DNA from: an uncultured delta proteobacterium
GTDB lineage: Bacteria > Desulfobacterota > RBG-13-43-22
Direction of reading: 5' to 3'
Assembly (NCBI GenBank): GCA_963711835.1
Contig: CAVQFQ010000017.1
Coordinates: 706,189 to 770,188 of the forward strand
DNA length: 64,000 nt
This document shows positions 30,709 through 41,100 of the stretch, one piece after another (position 1 is the stretch's first letter; the number at the start of each line of letters is the position of its first letter). The translations under genes and the position numbers were made by a program. The notes under the pieces are model-generated. The model saw nothing but the letters and a program-made list of their open reading frames with translations. It did not search any database and was not told where the DNA came from.

Positions 30709-31476
30709 ATGAGTACCGGAACAAAATTCAAGCCCAAAGTATTAGGGTTTGTTTGCCATTGGTGAGCATACGGCGCGGCGGACCTGGCTGGAGTTTCCAG
30801 ACTGCAATATACAACCGAAATGAGGCTGATTCGCGTCATGTGTTCCGGCAGAGTCGACCTGGCCCATGTATTCCGGGCTTTCTCCAAAGGAGCGGATGGG
30901 GTATTTATCGGCGCCTGCCATCTCAATGAATGTAATTATATTACCCATGGGAACTACCATGCCTTGACCATGGTGCATCTAGCCAAGAAAATAATGGAAC
31001 ACCTGGGGTTGCGGCCGGAAAGAGTAAGGATCCAATTCATGTCCGGCGCCGAAGCAGGCCTTTTGGTGGAAGCGATTAATGATTTTGTTAAGCAGGTGAA
31101 GGAGGTGGGACCGCTGGGCAAAGCCGAAGGCCTGGATGAAAAGGGATTACAGTTCAAACTGGAAGCGGTTACCGGACTCATCCCCTACATCCGGCTGGTG
31201 GAAAGGGAGCGGTTGCGGTTGCCGGCCATGGCGGAAGAAGCCTACCATAAGTTTTTCGCCAGTGACGAGCTGAAGCGGCTATTTAATGAAACTATTGTAG
31301 AAAAATTAGCCATAGGCCAGATTGTGTCGCTCCTGCGCAAAGGGCCCCTCACAACCGGAGAGATCGCCCACGGTGTGGGCCTAACCCCGTCTGAAGTGTC
31401 CAAACACCTTAATACTTCATCGAGACATCGACTGGTAAGGTACGATGAAAGCCAGAAGCGCTATGCTATCGCCTGA
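30709..31476 (+). CDS. bamF: Class II BCR MvhD-like subunit with C-terminal HTH-like extension, selenoprotein (UGA at 30763-30765)
   Basis: RBS ggaggt; MSTGTKFKPKVLGFVCHW-U-AYGAADLAG in frame with ORF 30820-31476; UGA at the MvhD CxWC position. Confidence 0.9.
30786..30802 (+). promoter_or_regulatory. SECIS-like hairpin of bamF
   Basis: ctgga-gtt-tccag about 22 nt after UGA. Confidence 0.6.
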
Positions 31477-31530
31477 GGTGAAAGAGCGGGCGTTGCCTTA
31501 GGGGCCGGAGGGAGATTAGGAACAGAGGCT

Positions 31531-31983
31531 ATGGATAACGAAAGAATCGATCAAATCATCGATAAACATCACAGGGAGCCCAGTTCGCTCATTCAGGTAA
31601 TGCTGGAGATTCAGGCCGAAAATCATTGGCTTCCCAGGGAAGCCCTGGAGCGGGTCGCCGAGCGGTTGCAGGTTCCCATGACCCGCATCCAGCATATCGC
31701 TACCTTTTATAAGGCCTTCAGCCTGGTGCCGAAAGGACGTCATGAAATTCACATTTGCATGGGAACGGCCTGTCATGTCCGTGGGGCCCAGCGGGTTCTC
31801 GATACGGTGCAGGGTCTGACCGGCATTAATCCCGGCGAAACGGACCTGGATTTGAAGTTCAGCCTCGAGACCGTCAACTGCCTTGGTTGCTGTGCCTTGG
31901 GACCGGTGCTGGAAATCGATGGGAAGACCCACGGCAAGATGGCGCCGGTCGAGACGGCCACCGTATTAAAAAACTATGAGTAA
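31531..31983 (+). CDS. bamG: NuoE-like 2Fe-2S subunit of BCR II
   Basis: ATFY, CMGTAC, CLGCC. Confidence 0.88.
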   Translation: MDNERIDQIIDKHHREPSSLIQVMLEIQAENHWLPREALERVAERLQVPMTRIQHIATFYKAFSLVPKGRHEIHICMGTACHVRGAQRVLDTVQGLTGINPGETDLDLKFSLETVNCLGCCALGPVLEIDGKTHGKMAPVETATVLKNYE

Positions 31984-31992
31984 GGAAGAATT

Positions 31993-33921
31993 ATGGCGCG
32001 GATAAATTCACCCGCTGAACTGGAAGCACTCCGGAAGGAAATCCTTTCAACCCGAGACCCCAACAAACCGTGCATCACCCTTTGTTCCGGATCGGCCTGC
32101 CATGCTTCCGGTAGTCGGGAAGTCGCGGCCCGCATTGAAGAGGAGATTGAGAAACAGGGCTTAGGCGCTGTGGTGGACCTTCGGAAGACCGGCTGTCACG
32201 GTTTTTGTGAGCGGGGCCCCATTATCGTTATTCACCCGGAGGAAATTTGTTATTTCCAAATAAAGCCGGAGGATGTTCCCGAGATTATCTCCGAGACGAT
32301 CAAGGAGAAGAAGGTCGTAGAGCGCCTGCTCTATACCGACCCCCACACCCAGGAAAAGATCGTTCATGAACGGGATATCCCCTTTTACAAGTACCAGGAG
32401 CGTCTGGTCTTCGGTTCCAACGGCAGTGTGGATCCCAAAAATATCGATGACTATCTGGCCATCGGCGGTTATTCCGCCCTGGCCAAGGCCCTTTCCGGGA
32501 TGACCGCCGACCAGGTTTTGCAGGAAGTCAAGAAAGCCAATCTGAGAGGGAGGGGGGGCGGCGGCTTTCCCGCCGGGCGCAAGTGGGAAGGATCCCGCAA
32601 GGCCCCCGGCGACATCAAATATGTGATCGTCAATGCCGACGAGGGGGACCCGGGAGCCTATATGGACCGGAGCCTGCTCGAGGGGAATCCCCACGCCGTT
32701 CTCGAAGGGTTGACCATCGGGGCCTATGCCGTCGGCGCCCACGAGGGCTATATTTACGTTCGACAGGAATATCCTTTAGCCGTGGAAAATGTGTATCTCG
32801 CCATCCGGCAGGCGGAGGAGTACGGCCTGCTGGGCCGGAACATCCTGGGCACGGGCTTTGATTTCAAGGTGATCGTGCACCAGGGAGCCGGCGCTTTTGT
32901 CTGCGGGGAATCAACGGCCCTGATGACGGCCCTGGAAGGTCGGGCCGGAGAGCCCCGACCGAAGTATATCCGCTCCAACATCGTCGGCCTCTGGGGAAGA
33001 CCCAGTGTTTTGAATAATGTAGAGACCTGGGCCAATGTGCCCCTGATCATCAATAAAGGGGCGGACTGGTTTACCCAGTATGGAACGGAGAGCAGCAAGG
33101 GCACGAAGATTTTCTCTCTGGTCGGCAAGATCACCAATACCGGCCTGGTGGAAGTACCCATGGGCACGCCCCTGCGGGACATTATCTTCAAGATCGGCGG
33201 CGGCATCCCGGGCGGCAAGCGCTTCAAAGCCGTGCAGACCGGGGGACCGTCGGGAGGCTGTATCCCCGAGGACCTGTTGGATCTGCCGGTCGGTTTTGAT
33301 GAACTGACCCAGGCCGGTTCCATGATGGGCTCCGGCGGGATGATCGTCATGGATGAAGACACCTGTATGGTGGATGTGGCCCGCTACTTTCTGAACTTCC
33401 TCACCGATGAATCGTGCGGCAAATGTGTCCCCTGCCGTGAAGGCATGAGGCAGATGCTCAAGATTCTCACCAATATCACCCGGGGGAAGGGGAAAGAGGG
33501 CGACCTCAAGCTTTTGGAGGAGCTATCCGAGACCGCCATGGAAGCCTCCCTTTGTGCTTTAGGCAAGAGTTCCCCGAACCCCTTTCTCAGCACGTTAAAA
33601 TACTTTAGGGAGGAGTATGAGGCCCACGTCAAGGAGAAGCGGTGTCCGGCCCTCTCCTGCAAGGAGCTGATCGCCTACCATATCGACCCCGAGAAGTGCC
33701 AGGCCTGCATGATGTGCCTTCGGAAATGTCCGGCTGAGGCGGTGGTTGGCGGCAAGAACCGGATCCATGTCATTGATCAGGAAAAATGCACCAAGTGCGG
33801 AACGTGCTTTGAGGTTTGCCCCCCTCGTTTTCATGCGGTACGGAAGATATCCGGAGAGCCGGTGCCGCCTTCTATCCCTGAAGAAGCCCGAACGATAGTT
33901 CGAGAGAGTAAACAAAAATGA
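31993..33921 (+). CDS. bamH: NuoF-like NADH-binding subunit of BCR II
   Basis: LRGRGGGGFP, NADEGDPG, GAGAFVCGE, ESCGKCVPCR, C-terminal 2x4Fe-4S. Confidence 0.9.
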   Translation: MARINSPAELEALRKEILSTRDPNKPCITLCSGSACHASGSREVAARIEEEIEKQGLGAVVDLRKTGCHGFCERGPIIVIHPEEICYFQIKPEDVPEIISETIKEKKVVERLLYTDPHTQEKIVHERDIPFYKYQERLVFGSNGSVDPKNIDDYLAIGGYSALAKALSGMTADQVLQEVKKANLRGRGGGGFPAGRKWEGSRKAPGDIKYVIVNADEGDPGAYMDRSLLEGNPHAVLEGLTIGAYAVGAHEGYIYVRQEYPLAVENVYLAIRQAEEYGLLGRNILGTGFDFKVIVHQGAGAFVCGESTALMTALEGRAGEPRPKYIRSNIVGLWGRPSVLNNVETWANVPLIINKGADWFTQYGTESSKGTKIFSLVGKITNTGLVEVPMGTPLRDIIFKIGGGIPGGKRFKAVQTGGPSGGCIPEDLLDLPVGFDELTQAGSMMGSGGMIVMDEDTCMVDVARYFLNFLTDESCGKCVPCREGMRQMLKILTNITRGKGKEGDLKLLEELSETAMEASLCALGKSSPNPFLSTLKYFREEYEAHVKEKRCPALSCKELIAYHIDPEKCQACMMCLRKCPAEAVVGGKNRIHVIDQEKCTKCGTCFEVCPPRFHAVRKISGEPVPPSIPEEARTIVRESKQK

Positions 33922-34532
33922 GCGAAATCCTTTTAAAGATCGACGGAAAAGAGGTGAACGCCCAGGAAGGGATGACTGTCCTGGAGGCGGCACGAAATGC
34001 GGGGATATCGATTCCGACACTTTGTCACCACGAGAAATTGGAACCTTATGGGGGTTGCCGACTTTGCCTGGTCGAGTTGGAAATGCGCGGCGGGACCCGA
34101 CTCGTTGTTTCCTGCGTTTACCCGGTGGAAAATAATCTGGTTGTACGGACCCGATCGGAGAAGATAGACCGAATCCGTAAAATGATCCTGCAGCTTTTGC
34201 TGGCTCATGCGCCGGATGCCTTTGACTTGCAGGATTTGGCTCACGAATATGGAGCGGACAAAAACCGTTTTGAAAAAGAGGCCTCCTTTTGCATCCATTG
34301 CGGTCTCTGCGTCCGATACTGTGCCGAGGTCAAGAAAAAGAACGCCGTTGGATTTGTTGACCGCGGCATAAGGAAGGAAATCAGTTTTATCCCGGAAATA
34401 GCCTCTCGGGAGTGCTGGAATTGCAAAGAATGTTTCCCCCTTTGCCCTACCGAGGCCCTACAAGCCGCTTACGTTTTGGTGGAAGCGTTTGCGTTTCCCA
34501 AATCTTCCTCCGAGTCCGTGTCGGGGGAATAA
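33918..34532 (+). CDS. bamI: NuoG-N-like Fe-S subunit of BCR II
   Basis: IPTLC, GCRLCLVE, CIHCGLCVRYC, CWNCKEC. Confidence 0.88.
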   Translation: MSEILLKIDGKEVNAQEGMTVLEAARNAGISIPTLCHHEKLEPYGGCRLCLVELEMRGGTRLVVSCVYPVENNLVVRTRSEKIDRIRKMILQLLLAHAPDAFDLQDLAHEYGADKNRFEKEASFCIHCGLCVRYCAEVKKKNAVGFVDRGIRKEISFIPEIASRECWNCKECFPLCPTEALQAAYVLVEAFAFPKSSSESVSGE

Positions 34533-34587
34533 GGCAGGAGGACCACCCTGGATCTGAACCTGGTGACCCTAAAGAGTGAGGAACCCG

Positions 34588-35037
34588 ATGAACAAGAGCA
34601 CTTTTAAAATTAGACTCATGCAGGTCGACGATTTTGCCGCCGTGACTCGGATTGACGAAAAAGTACTCCAAGCGGCCCGGCCCGAATACTATACGCTGAA
34701 GTTTGAAGAGCTGGTGCAATCCACCGATCGTCTGCCTACGTCACTGGTGGCCGAGGCAGACGATGGGACGGTGGTGGGGTTTGTCATGGGGGAACTCTTT
34801 ATCGGAGAATACGGTATTTCCCAGGAAGCCACCCTGGATACCATCGGCGTTGATCCCGATTACCAGCATCAGGGTGTCGGCAAACAGTTGCTTAAAGAGT
34901 TTATGGATCATTTGAAAGCACTCGGCGCCCGGAAAATAAGCACCTTGGTCGACTCGAATGATTCCATCATGATGCATTTCTTTAAAGCGAACCAATTTGG
35001 CCCCTCCAAAACCATAAACCTGGAACGAAGCCTTTAG
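34588..35037 (+). CDS. GNAT-family acetyltransferase
   Basis: VVGFVMG, IGVDPDYQHQGVG. Confidence 0.88.
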   Translation: MNKSTFKIRLMQVDDFAAVTRIDEKVLQAARPEYYTLKFEELVQSTDRLPTSLVAEADDGTVVGFVMGELFIGEYGISQEATLDTIGVDPDYQHQGVGKQLLKEFMDHLKALGARKISTLVDSNDSIMMHFFKANQFGPSKTINLERSL

Positions 35038-35114
35038 GAAAATAGGGGCATCCACTATTTTTTTAGTAACGAATTAATATTCAATGAATAAATGGGCGCT
35101 GTCCCTATTTTCCT
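35036..35114. repeat. REPIN-like imperfect inverted repeat
   Basis: aggaaaataggggcatccactattt versus reverse complement of right arm aggaaaatagggacagcgcccattt. Confidence 0.55.
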
Positions 35115-35174
35115 CCTTTTCCCCTCGTCCCAATTTTTCTCAGCCACTCGCTACCATTATTTTGAAGGAGTTTG

Positions 35175-35948
35175 ATGACGATGATAACAGCAGGAGTTGA
35201 CATTGGCGCCAAGACCATAAAAATTGTGGTTATGCAGGAGGGTAAGATCATCGGAAAGACCCTGGTTATGGCCGGTTATGATTTTCAGGGGTCCCTGAAA
35301 ACAGCCTGGGATGAAGTCCTGACTCAAACCGGACTTAAGTTAAATCAGATTGACCGGATCGTGGCCACCGGGGCAGGCAAAAAGGAGGCCGGCATGGCCC
35401 ATGACCAGGTTAGCGAGGTTTCGGCCGCCGCCCGGGGTGCCATTGCCCTGGATAATCGTGTCCGGACCGTGGTTGATGTCGGCGCTGAAGAAGGTCGGGC
35501 TATTAAAATCGATGCCAACGGAAAAGTGATGGATTTTGCCATTAATGAAAAATGTGCCGCCGGCGCCGGGGCTTTTGCTGAAGCCATGGCCCGGGCCTTG
35601 GAAGTGACCTTGGAAGAACTGGGCCCCTTGTCCCTGACCTCCACCCAGGCCGTGGCCATGAACGCCCAGTGTGCGGTGTTTGCCGAATCCGAGCTGGTGA
35701 CTCTGGTTCATGCTAAAACCCCGAAACCGGACATGGCCCGGGCCGTGCATGATGCCATTGCCGACCGCATTGTTTCCATGGTCCGGCGGGTAGGGATGGA
35801 CAAGGAGGTCATGCTGATCGGCGGCGTGGCCAAAAACGTCGGGTTTTACGAGTCCCTGAAAAGGGAGTTGGAAACCGAGGTCATTGTTCCGAAAGATCCG
35901 GAATGTGTCAGCGCCTTGGGTGCAGCCCTGCTGGCCGCCGGGATATAG
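35175..35948 (+). CDS. bzdP: BcrAD/BadFG-family ATPase (class I BCR activator subunit, BzdP-like)
   Basis: AGVDIG, ATGAG, DVGAEE, NEKCAAGAG, CAVFAESE, GGVAKN. Confidence 0.75.
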   Translation: MTMITAGVDIGAKTIKIVVMQEGKIIGKTLVMAGYDFQGSLKTAWDEVLTQTGLKLNQIDRIVATGAGKKEAGMAHDQVSEVSAAARGAIALDNRVRTVVDVGAEEGRAIKIDANGKVMDFAINEKCAAGAGAFAEAMARALEVTLEELGPLSLTSTQAVAMNAQCAVFAESELVTLVHAKTPKPDMARAVHDAIADRIVSMVRRVGMDKEVMLIGGVAKNVGFYESLKRELETEVIVPKDPECVSALGAALLAAGI

Positions 35949-36018
35949 ATTTAAAAGAAAATTAGGAATAAGTCAGGGGATTCAACCTTACACCTTGAAC
36001 TTCCTTGCAGGAGACAGG

Positions 36019-36886
36019 ATGGCACAAGAATTTTGGAGATGGACTGAATCCCGGTGGACCGCACCGGGTAAGGACTGGAAGAATGGCTAAGATCCTCACC
36101 GCCGGCGTCGATGTGGGGTCGGTGAGTTCCCAGGCGGTGGTCATGACCGACGGCGAATTATATTGCTATTCCAACATGCGCACCGGGTCCGACAGCCCCA
36201 ACAGCGCTACCAATGCCATGAACTGGGCCCTGGATGGGACCGGTCTGACCTTGGATAAAATTCAATATACCGTGGGAACCGGCTACGGCCGGGTCAACGT
36301 GCCTTTTTCTCAGCGGGCCATCACGGAGATCGCCTGCCACGGACGGGGCGCCAATTTTATGTACGGCCCCACGGTCCGCACCGTGCTGGACATGGGCGGC
36401 CAGGACTGCAAGGCCATCCATATCGACGAAAAGGGCAAGGTGACCAACTTCCTAATGAATGACAAATGCGCCGCTGGGACCGGCCGGGGCATGGAGGTTT
36501 TTGCCGACCTGCTGGGGGTCTCCATTAATGAAGTGGGCGAACTGTCGTTGAAAGTGGAGGAAGAGCCGCCCCCGGTGAGCAGTACCTGTGTGGTTTTTGC
36601 CAAATCCGAGGCCTCGGGATTGCTCCGGGAAGGCTGGCCCAAGGAAAAAGTCCTCGCCGCCTACAGTTCGGCCATGGCCCACCGGGTGGTTACCCTGCTG
36701 GAACGCATCGGGGTGGAACCCGACTTTGCCATTACCGGCGGTATTGCTAAAAATATCGGGGTGGTCTCCCGGTTGGAGAAAGAGCTTCACATTAAGGCCT
36801 TGATTCCAAAATACGATACCCAGATCGCCGGCGCCGTCGGGGCGGCCCTGTTTGCCAAGGCCCTGGTGGAAAAAGGAAAAAGATAA
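36019..36886 (+). CDS. bzdQ: Class I benzoyl-CoA reductase BzdQ-like ATPase subunit (one +1 frameshift at ~36085)
   Basis: RBS aggag; N-terminus MAQEFWRWTESRW typical of BzdQ; continues in the next frame as KILTAGVDVGSVSSQ, GTGYGR, EIACH, DMGGQD, MNDKCAAGTG. Confidence 0.8.
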
Positions 36887-36898
36887 ATAAAAGCTAAG

Positions 36899-37132
36899 CT
36901 ACAAGGTATAAGGTCCAAGGGAGAAGCTAAGTACAGAATAGAAAATCTTCCCTTGTACCTTGAACCGTAAACCTTGCACCGGTTAATGGATATAGAGGTT
37001 AAATTAGTGGTTCACTTCTTTTATGGGCCTTACCCTGGACCGTGAACCGTATACCGACAACCGAGGTATTATGGCGCAAGGGTAAGGCGTTATTTTCTTG
37101 AACCCCTGGACCCTGGAATCCTTGAATCCTGT
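36899..37132. repeat. Cluster of degenerate 7-mer/8-mer tandem repeats
   Basis: aggtata aggtcca agggaga; ccttgta ccttgaa ccgtaaa ccttgca; ccctgga ccgtgaa ccgtata; cttgaacc cctggacc ctggaatc cttgaatc. Confidence 0.7.
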
Positions 37133-37152
37133 AACAATAAGCAGGAACGATT

Positions 37153-37445
37153 ATGATTGCCAATTTTGGTTATAAAGACGGCTCGGGGGAATATCTTTAT
37201 CAGTATTGATACGGACAAATGCAACGGCTGCGGGGACTGCCTGTCCGGCCTGTCCGGCCCAGATTTTCGAAATTCGGGATGAGGATCCCAACGATCCTTT
37301 CCGGGAAATTCCGGTGGCAGCCATAAAGGACTCGGAGCGGAAAAAAATAAAATATGCCTGCGGCCCCTGCAAACCGGTTTCCAATCGCCCACCGCTGCCC
37401 TGTGTGGCAGCTTGCAAACTGGCGGCGATTGCCCATTCGTGGTAG
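37153..37445 (+). CDS. Ferredoxin (BCR-associated type); two +1 frameshifts
   Basis: Reconstructed MIANFGYKDGSGEYFISIDTDKCNGCGDCLSACPAQIF...CGPCKP...PCVAAC...HSW across three frames. Confidence 0.75.
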
Positions 37446-37644
37446 CAGGGAGCTGATAGCAAAAACACTATCTATCCCTGGGCTGTGAATATGGTAAGAT
37501 GTCTATGGGCGGCGGGTCGGATGAGTTGGATGATCTTTTTTAAAACGGTTCAAGGCAGAGGGTATATGGTTCAGGGAAATAAAAACAACTCAATTCTCGT
37601 GCACCCTGTACCCTGCACCTTGAACCTTTTATTGGGAGTTATAT

Positions 37645-37863
37645 ATGTCTCGACAGCAGGAACTGGAAAACCAGGGCTGGACCCGGCAGTTTACAGCCGA
37701 TGAACCGCGGCTGTCCGAGGCCGTAGAGGAATATCAGGAACTGGGGTTTGAGGTGCTTCAGGAGCCCATAGATCCCCAGGATATGCAGGAAGGGGAATGC
37801 TCCAGTTGCCTCATGGCCCAATGTGACCGCTACAAAATCATTTACACCCGCCGAAGAAATTAG
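37645..37863 (+). CDS. Small acidic hypothetical protein with CxxC
   Basis: RBS gggag; GWTRQF..EPRLSE..EEYQELGFEV...CSSC...IYTR. Confidence 0.75.
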   Translation: MSRQQELENQGWTRQFTADEPRLSEAVEEYQELGFEVLQEPIDPQDMQEGECSSCLMAQCDRYKIIYTRRRN

Positions 37864-38060
37864 GGATATTCCCCTCTCTCCTTCCAAAGAAGACGGACAG
37901 GGATAGTCCGTGCCCACCGTCTCATTTTAGAAACGACCGTTGATTTTCAATTATCCTTATCTTGCTTAGGTAAAACCAACTAAAAATGATAAAAAAATCC
38001 GCCATCCAGGATGAAATGGAAATGTTTTAGTATAACTAAGATAATAAAATATTTTTTAGC

Positions 38061-38089
38061 TTGACACAATAGGATGCCCTTTCTATACT
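38061..38089 (+). promoter_or_regulatory. Sigma70 promoter of carB
   Basis: TTGACA-17-TATACT. Confidence 0.7.
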
Positions 38090-38168
38090 CCCTTCGGTTG
38101 TCCCCCTTCCTTAATAATTTATAAACAATTCCAATAAATTAAAAAGAACCGCCTAAGGAGAGTTCACC

Positions 38169-41100
38169 ATGCCCAAACGAGAAGATATAAACAAGGTCAT
38201 GATTATCGGATCCGGTCCCATCGTTATCGGACAGGCTTGTGAGTTCGATTATTCCGGGACTCAGGCCTGCAAGGCCTTGAGGGGTTTGGGATATAAAATC
38301 GTCCTGGTTAACTCCAACCCGGCCACTATCATGACCGATCCCGGCCTGGCTGATGTCACCTATATCGAACCCCTCAATTTTCAAACCATGAAGGAAATTA
38401 TCGAAAAGGAACGGCCCGATGCCATACTTCCCAATTTAGGAGGGCAAACCGGTTTGAATCTGACTTCCGAACTGGCCCGGGCCGGCGTGCTCGAGCAATT
38501 CGGGGTTAAAGTGATCGGGGTAGCGGTGGATGCCATAGAGCGGGGAGAGGATCGGATTGCCTTCAAAGAGACCATGAATCGTCTGGGTATTGATATGCCT
38601 CGAAGCAACCCGGCCTTCAGCGTCGAAGAGGCTGAAAAAATTGCCGCTGAGCTGGGTTACCCGGTGGTTATCCGACCGGCCTATACCATGGGAGGAACCG
38701 GAGGGGGACTGGTTTACAATGTGGAAGAACTGAGAACCGTGGCCAGCCGGGGCCTTTCGGCCAGCCTGATCGGTCAGATCCTGGTGGAAGAATCGGTCCT
38801 GGGCTGGGAGGAACTGGAATTGGAGGTGGTCCGGGACGCCAAGAACCAGATGATCACGGTTTGCTTTATTGAAAATGTGGATGCCATGGGCGTCCATACC
38901 GGGGATTCCTATTGCACGGCTCCGATGCTGACGATCGATCCCAGCCTGCAGCAAAGGCTGCAAAAATATTCCTATGATATTGTCGAAGCCATTCAGGTCA
39001 TCGGGGGAACCAATATCCAGTTTGCCCATGATCCCAAGACCGGCCGGGTGGTGGTAATCGAGATCAATCCCCGGACCTCCCGGTCCTCGGCCCTGGCCTC
39101 CAAGGCCACCGGTTTTCCGATTGCCCTGATCTCTTCCAAGTTGGCCGGGGGGTTGACCATGGATGAGATCCCCTACTGGCGGGCGGGGACCCTGGAAAAA
39201 TATGCCCCCTGGGGCGAGTATGTGGTGGTCAAATTCGCCCGCTGGGCCTTCGAAAAATTCAAGGACTCCCAGGATAAGCTGGGCACCCAGATGCGGGCCG
39301 TGGGCGAGGTCATGAGCATCGGGAAAAACTACAAGGAAGCCTTTCTAAAATCCATCCGCTCCCTCGAAATCGGAAGGTATGGGCTGGGATTCGCCAAGGA
39401 CTTTAACCGGAAGTCTCTGGAAGAACTCATGGAACTCCTCAATGAGCCCAGCAGTGAAAGGCAGTTCATCATGTACGAGGCCCTGCGCAAGGGGGCCACG
39501 GTGGAAGCCCTTTACGAAAAGACCTTTATCAAGCCCTGGTTCATCGAGCAGATGAAGGAACTGGTGGCCCTGGAGGAAAAAGTTTTAGAATTTAAAGGGC
39601 GGATGCTTTCGGATGAACTCCTTATTCAAGCCAAAAAGGACGGCTTCGCCGACCGCTATTTGGCCCAGCTTCTCAACCTGCCTGAAAAAGCCGTCCGGGA
39701 GCGGCGCATCGCCTTAGGCCTGTCCCAGGCCTGGGATGCGGTTCCGGTCAGCGGTGTTGAGAATGCCGCTTATTATTTTTCCACCTATAACGCCCCGGAC
39801 AAGGTCCCGACCAGCTCCAGGAAGAAAATCATGGTCTTGGGCGGCGGCCCTAATCGGATCGGCCAAGGCATTGAATTTGACTATTGTTGCGTCCACGCCG
39901 CCTTCACCCTCCGCGATGAAGGCTATGAATCCATTATGGTCAACTGCAATCCGGAAACGGTTTCCACGGATTATGATACCTCGGATAAGCTCTACTTCGA
40001 GCCCTTGACGGTCGAGGACGTCTTGAGCATCTATGAAAAGGAAAAACCAGAAGGGGTAATCGCCCAATTCGGCGGCCAGACCCCCCTCAATATCGCCAAT
40101 GAACTGGCGGCGGCCGGGGTCAAAATTCTGGGGACTTCCCCGGAGACCATTGACCTGGCCGAGGACCGAGATCGTTTTCGCCAAAATATGGCCCGGCTGG
40201 GCATTCCCATGCCGGAATCGGGCATGGCCAGTAACCTGGAAGAAGCCCTGGCGGTAGCCGAGAGGATCGGCTATCCTTTGATGGTCAGGCCCTCCTATGT
40301 CCTTGGCGGGCGCGGGATGGAAATCGTTTATGACCGGCAGATGCTCGAACAGTATGTTACGGCCGCGGTAGGTGTTACCCCGGAACGCCCTATCCTGATT
40401 GACAAGTATCTGGAGAATGCCATCGAGGCCGAGGCCGATGCCATTTCCGATGGGACGGACGCCTTTGTTCCGGCCGTCATGGAACATATCGAATTGGCCG
40501 GGATCCACTCCGGCGACTCGGCCTGCGTCATCCCGCCCATCAGTATCCCGGCCAAACACCTCGAAACCATCTATGAATATACCCGCAAGATAGCCATTGA
40601 ACTGAAGGTGGTCGGGTTGATGAACATGCAGTATGCCATTGCCAATGACCTGGTCTATGTATTGGAGGCCAATCCCCGAGCTTCCCGGACCGTCCCCATT
40701 GTCTCCAAGGTCTGCAACATTTCCATGGCCCGTTTGGCAACCCAGGTCATTCTGGGCAAGAAGCTCTCCGAACTCAACCTGCAGCCAAAGGCCATCAAAC
40801 ATTTCGGGGTAAAGGAGTCGGTTTTTCCTTTCAACATGTTTCCGGAAGTGGACCCGGTTTTGGGGCCTGAAATGAGGTCCACCGGCGAGGTCTTGGGCCT
40901 GGCCGATTCCTTTGGTCTGGCCTTCTATAAGGCCGAAGAAGCCACCCAACAGGTGCTCCCTTCCGAGGGCACGGTCCTGATTACCGTTTCTGAAAAAGAC
41001 CGGGCCGAGGCGGTGGATGTGGCCCGGCGTTTCGCCGAGCTGGGATTTAAAATCAAGGCCACCAACGGGACCCACAAGTTTCTGACCGGCCGGGGGATAC

